Positions 61,039 through 64,000 of a stretch of 64,000 nucleotides of DNA are shown here, one piece after another; position 1 is the first letter of the stretch, and the number at the start of each line of letters is the position of its first letter. The DNA comes from Vulcanimicrobiota bacterium. Lineage in GTDB: Bacteria; Vulcanimicrobiota; Vulcanimicrobiia; Vulcanimicrobiales; Vulcanimicrobiaceae. The position numbers were made by a program, and so were the translations under genes. The notes beneath the pieces are model-generated. The model worked only from the letters and a program-made list of their open reading frames with translations, was not told the DNA's origin and did no database searches. The stretch is from the NCBI GenBank assembly GCA_963795855.1, contig CAWCIZ010000002.1, positions 128,001-192,000 on the forward strand, read 5' to 3'.

Positions 61039-62466
61039 TTAAAGTTTGATTGAAACGGTCGTGCCGCGGCCCGGTGTGCTATCGATCGCGATCGATCCGC
61101 CCGCGCGGTCCACCGCGCGCTTCGCGATGGCAAGGCCTAAACCGGTGCCGGGAATCTCGCCGCGCACGTCTCCCCGGTAAAAGCGTTCGAAGGCGTGCAG
61201 CCGCTCGGATTCGCTCATGCCCGGCCCCTCGTCGCGCACGCTCAGTACGGTCGTCCCGTTTTGCCGGTACGCATGCAGGTGCAAAGGCGCACCGGGCGCG
61301 TACTTCAGCGCGTTTTCGACGATGTTCCAGAGCGCCTCGCCGATTTCACCGCGGTCGGCATAGATTTCTTTTACGCCGTCGACGCTGTATTCGATCGGGC
61401 GATCGTCGTCCAACCGTTTGGCCGCCTCGCACTGATCCCGCAGCAGCTCCGACACGTCGATGGGAACCGGCTGCGGCTCCGTTTCCGCCTCCATGCGCGC
61501 GAGCCGCATCAGACGATCGATCAGGCCGCGCATATGTTCCTTTTCCATCGCCATCGTTCCGAGGATCTGCCGCGCCACTTTCGGCTCTTCGATCGCGCCG
61601 CGCCGTAGGACGTCGATGTAGCCGGCAATCACCGTGAGCGGCGTACGCAGTTCGTGTCCGGCGTCGGCTACGAATTGCCGCATGCGGGCCTCGGTGGCGC
61701 GCCGCTCGTCCATCGCGGCGGCGACGCTCGCCGCAGCATCGTTGTACGCTTGCGTGAGCGTTGCGATTTCATCTCCCGCGGCGGTAATGAAGCGCCGCTG
61801 CGTGTAGTCGCCGTCGGCCAACGCTTGCAGGGAACCGGTGACCTCGTTCATCGGCGCGAGCGCTTCACGCGCGACGACGCGTCCCACAAACCACGACACC
61901 CCCAGCGCGAAGATGGCGATACCGAGAATGATCCACCAGTACGGAACCAGGTTGGAGAAAATGATCCAGCTCGACGCGTTGAACGTGACGTATCCGCCTT
62001 CGACCGCGATGATGCGCCACCAGTCGTGCGGTGCGGGCGGAAGCGGAACGGCGCGCGGGCGCGGAGGCGGCGCCGCTTCTATCGGCTCGCCGGCGCGCGG
62101 CGCCGGCGCGAGCTTGACTTTTCCGCGCAGCACGCGGTCGAGGATGTCGGGATGCACGCTCGCGTCGCCGCCGAGAAACTTGCCCTTCGCGTCGTAAACC
62201 GCCACGCGCAACCCGATGCCGCTGAGATCGCGCGCGATGCGCGGCGCGGCTTGCGAGAGCGTTTGGCCGTCGGTTTGATAGCGCGCCGCCAGGAAGCGCG
62301 CTTCTTCGTGTTTGGCGATGATGATATCGTTGCTGAAGCCGGCCAATTCGTAGATGAGCGCAACGGAAGATGCGACGACCACGAGCAGCACGGTGACGCC
62401 CAGCAGCACGGTGTACAGCGTTGCGAGACGCGATGCGAGCGAGCGCTTCGGAAGCAGCGTACTCAT
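61039..62466 (-). CDS. HAMP sensor histidine kinase
   Basis: Two TM helices, DAGHELRTPL, NIVENALKY, DEGPG, GTGLGLAI. Confidence 0.92.
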   Translation of the reverse strand: MSTLLPKRSLASRLATLYTVLLGVTVLLVVVASSVALIYELAGFSNDIIIAKHEEARFLAARYQTDGQTLSQAAPRIARDLSGIGLRVAVYDAKGKFLGGDASVHPDILDRVLRGKVKLAPAPRAGEPIEAAPPPRPRAVPLPPAPHDWWRIIAVEGGYVTFNASSWIIFSNLVPYWWIILGIAIFALGVSWFVGRVVAREALAPMNEVTGSLQALADGDYTQRRFITAAGDEIATLTQAYNDAAASVAAAMDERRATEARMRQFVADAGHELRTPLTVIAGYIDVLRRGAIEEPKVARQILGTMAMEKEHMRGLIDRLMRLARMEAETEPQPVPIDVSELLRDQCEAAKRLDDDRPIEYSVDGVKEIYADRGEIGEALWNIVENALKYAPGAPLHLHAYRQNGTTVLSVRDEGPGMSESERLHAFERFYRGDVRGEIPGTGLGLAIAKRAVDRAGGSIAIDSTPGRGTTVSIKL

Positions 62467-63137
62467 TGAGCCAGCCCGTACCCGACGCCGCGAACCGTTC
62501 GAATGAAAGACGTCTGATCCGTGCGATCGATCTTCGCGCGCAAATACGAAATGTACGTCTCGACGATGTTCGGGCCGCCCTCGAAGTCGTGTCCCCAAAC
62601 CAATTCGAGCAAATGATCCTTGCTGAAAACGCGGCGGGGCTCGCGCATGAACACCTCCAGCAAATCGAACTCCCGCTGCGTGAAGTCCAAGCGATCCGAT
62701 CCGCGCCACGCTTCGCGCGTCGTCGGATTCATCGCCACGTCGTGCCAGCGCAAGACGTCTTCTTCAATGAGCTGCGGGCGGCGCAGCTTGGCTTGCAGGC
62801 GAGCGATGAGCTCTTCGAAGACGAAGGGCTTGACGAGGTAGTCGTCTGCGCCGGCTCCAAGGCTCGCGACTTTGTCCGCGGTTTCGCCCTTCGCGGTCAG
62901 CATGAGAATCGGCGCCTGCGAAATCTGCCGCAGACGCGGCAGCAGCGTGATGCCGTCGATCTTCGGCATCATGACGTCGAGCACGATGACCTCGGGCTCC
63001 CAATCGCGCACCAGTTCGAGCGCGGCCTGCCCGTCGGCTGCGGTTCGCACCAAAAAGCCCTCGCGGGTAAGACCGAGTTCGAGCATCTCGCGGACAAAGC
63101 GGTCGTCGTCGACGACCGCAACGCGGGCCGGCTGCAT
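62463..63137 (-). CDS. OmpR-family response regulator (MprA-like)
   Basis: VVDDD, LDVMMP, LTAK, DDYLVKPF, VETYISYLRAK, TVRGVGY. Confidence 0.92.
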   Translation of the reverse strand: MQPARVAVVDDDRFVREMLELGLTREGFLVRTAADGQAALELVRDWEPEVIVLDVMMPKIDGITLLPRLRQISQAPILMLTAKGETADKVASLGAGADDYLVKPFVFEELIARLQAKLRRPQLIEEDVLRWHDVAMNPTTREAWRGSDRLDFTQREFDLLEVFMREPRRVFSKDHLLELVWGHDFEGGPNIVETYISYLRAKIDRTDQTSFIRTVRGVGYGLAQ

Positions 63138-63197
63138 GGAGATCATTCTACGGTGGATCCTCGCCTCAAACCCTTGGAGGCGGCTGGGGCGCGTTCC

Positions 63198-63659
63198 TTA
63201 CGCCGCCCAGCGGCGGCAGCGCTGGCCGGCCACGAGCGAGGCCGCCCGGATACTCTCCAAGGGGTGGCAGACCACCGCGATGCCTTGGGCGCCGAGGACG
63301 GCGCAAGTTTGGCTATCGGGAAGCCAGTGCGCGAAGAGGTGCACTTCGGCTGCGTTCGCCCGCTGTGCGAGCGTCGCAAGGACGTCCGCCAGGCTGCACG
63401 TGCGGCGCTCCCGCAGCTTTCCGCTGACTTCGGACCGGAATCGCGCGGCGTTCCAACCCTGGGCTACGACGAGCAGCCGTTGCATCGTCTCGGGACTCGT
63501 GCCTTCGAAATCGACCGCAGCAACTTGTACCCGTTCCGCGAGCGCGCGGTCTACGTCCGCGTGGAGCGTGGCCGGGGTGATGGAGCCCGACTCGCCCGTT
63601 TCGAGAATCGATCCCGCGCCGATGATGTAGTCCATGGAAAAAACATAGGGCGCGAACAT
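63198..63659 (-). CDS. Hypothetical protein
   Basis: 153-aa ORF co-oriented with neighbours; no recognised motif. Confidence 0.55.
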   Translation of the reverse strand: MFAPYVFSMDYIIGAGSILETGESGSITPATLHADVDRALAERVQVAAVDFEGTSPETMQRLLVVAQGWNAARFRSEVSGKLRERRTCSLADVLATLAQRANAAEVHLFAHWLPDSQTCAVLGAQGIAVVCHPLESIRAASLVAGQRCRRWAA

Positions 63660-63714
63660 GCCACCTGTATGGCATCTTCACGCCCGGCCCACCCCGGCAG
63701 CACTACTTTGCGCG

Positions 63715-64000
63715 TTAGGCGCTGGAAGCGCGGTGTTCCGCGGGCTGCTTCTGCTTGCGCGTCCCGCTGAAAAGGCTCAACATCGAATCCACCACGACCG
63801 GATCCCACTGGGTTCCGCGTCCGTCCCGAAGAATTTCCAGCGCGCGGCGGGGCGCGATTGCCTTGCGGTACGGACGGTCGCTGATCATTGCGTGGAACGC
63901 GTCGGCCACGGCGACGACTCGCGCTTCGAACGGAATGTTGTCACCCGCGAGCGCGTCGGGATAACCGGCGCCGTCCCAGCGCTCGTGATGCGCGCGAACG
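63715..64000 (-). CDS. HD-GYP phosphodiesterase, 3' end only
   Basis: HHERWDGAGYP, ARVVAVADAF.AM.SDRPYRK. Confidence 0.9.
   Translation of the reverse strand, partial: VRAHHERWDGAGYPDALAGDNIPFEARVVAVADAFHAMISDRPYRKAIAPRRALEILRDGRGTQWDPVVVDSMLSLFSGTRKQKQPAEHRASSA

Overview
GC-rich bacterial chromosomal segment. An outer-membrane TonB-dependent receptor, many lipoproteins and the divergent EF-Tu/S12 sequences suggest Candidatus Eremiobacterota (Vulcanimicrobiota), but that assignment is inference only. Contents in order: (1) the end of a surface-polysaccharide locus (flippase-like gene, GT2, three GT4s, gmhB-hddA) with three tandem paralogous clan GH-A lipoprotein hydrolases; (2) a three-gene cobalt-type nitrile hydratase cluster with a split beta subunit; (3) the str operon rpsL-rpsG-fusA-tuf-rpsJ, which terminates after rpsJ and has four 18-bp tandem repeats between fusA and tuf; (4) two paralogous membrane proteins with PmoC/AmoC-like D-x3-H...FTPxH motifs, one carrying an inserted TolB-like propeller; (5) an S53 protease with its prodomain apparently moved to the C-terminus; (6) a dispersed 2-aminobenzoyl/salicylyl-CoA catabolic gene set; (7) SoxR with a clear operator driving an SDR and a QueA-like gene; (8) signalling genes (SpoIIE-HATPase, GGDEF-degenerate EAL, HD-GYP, OmpR-type pair) and a TonB-dependent receptor with an unusual duplicated C-terminal domain. 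Many genes at about 31-40 kb are broken by small indels that look like assembly errors. I saw no tRNA, rRNA, CRISPR array or mobile element. All family calls are from motif recognition; no searches were run.
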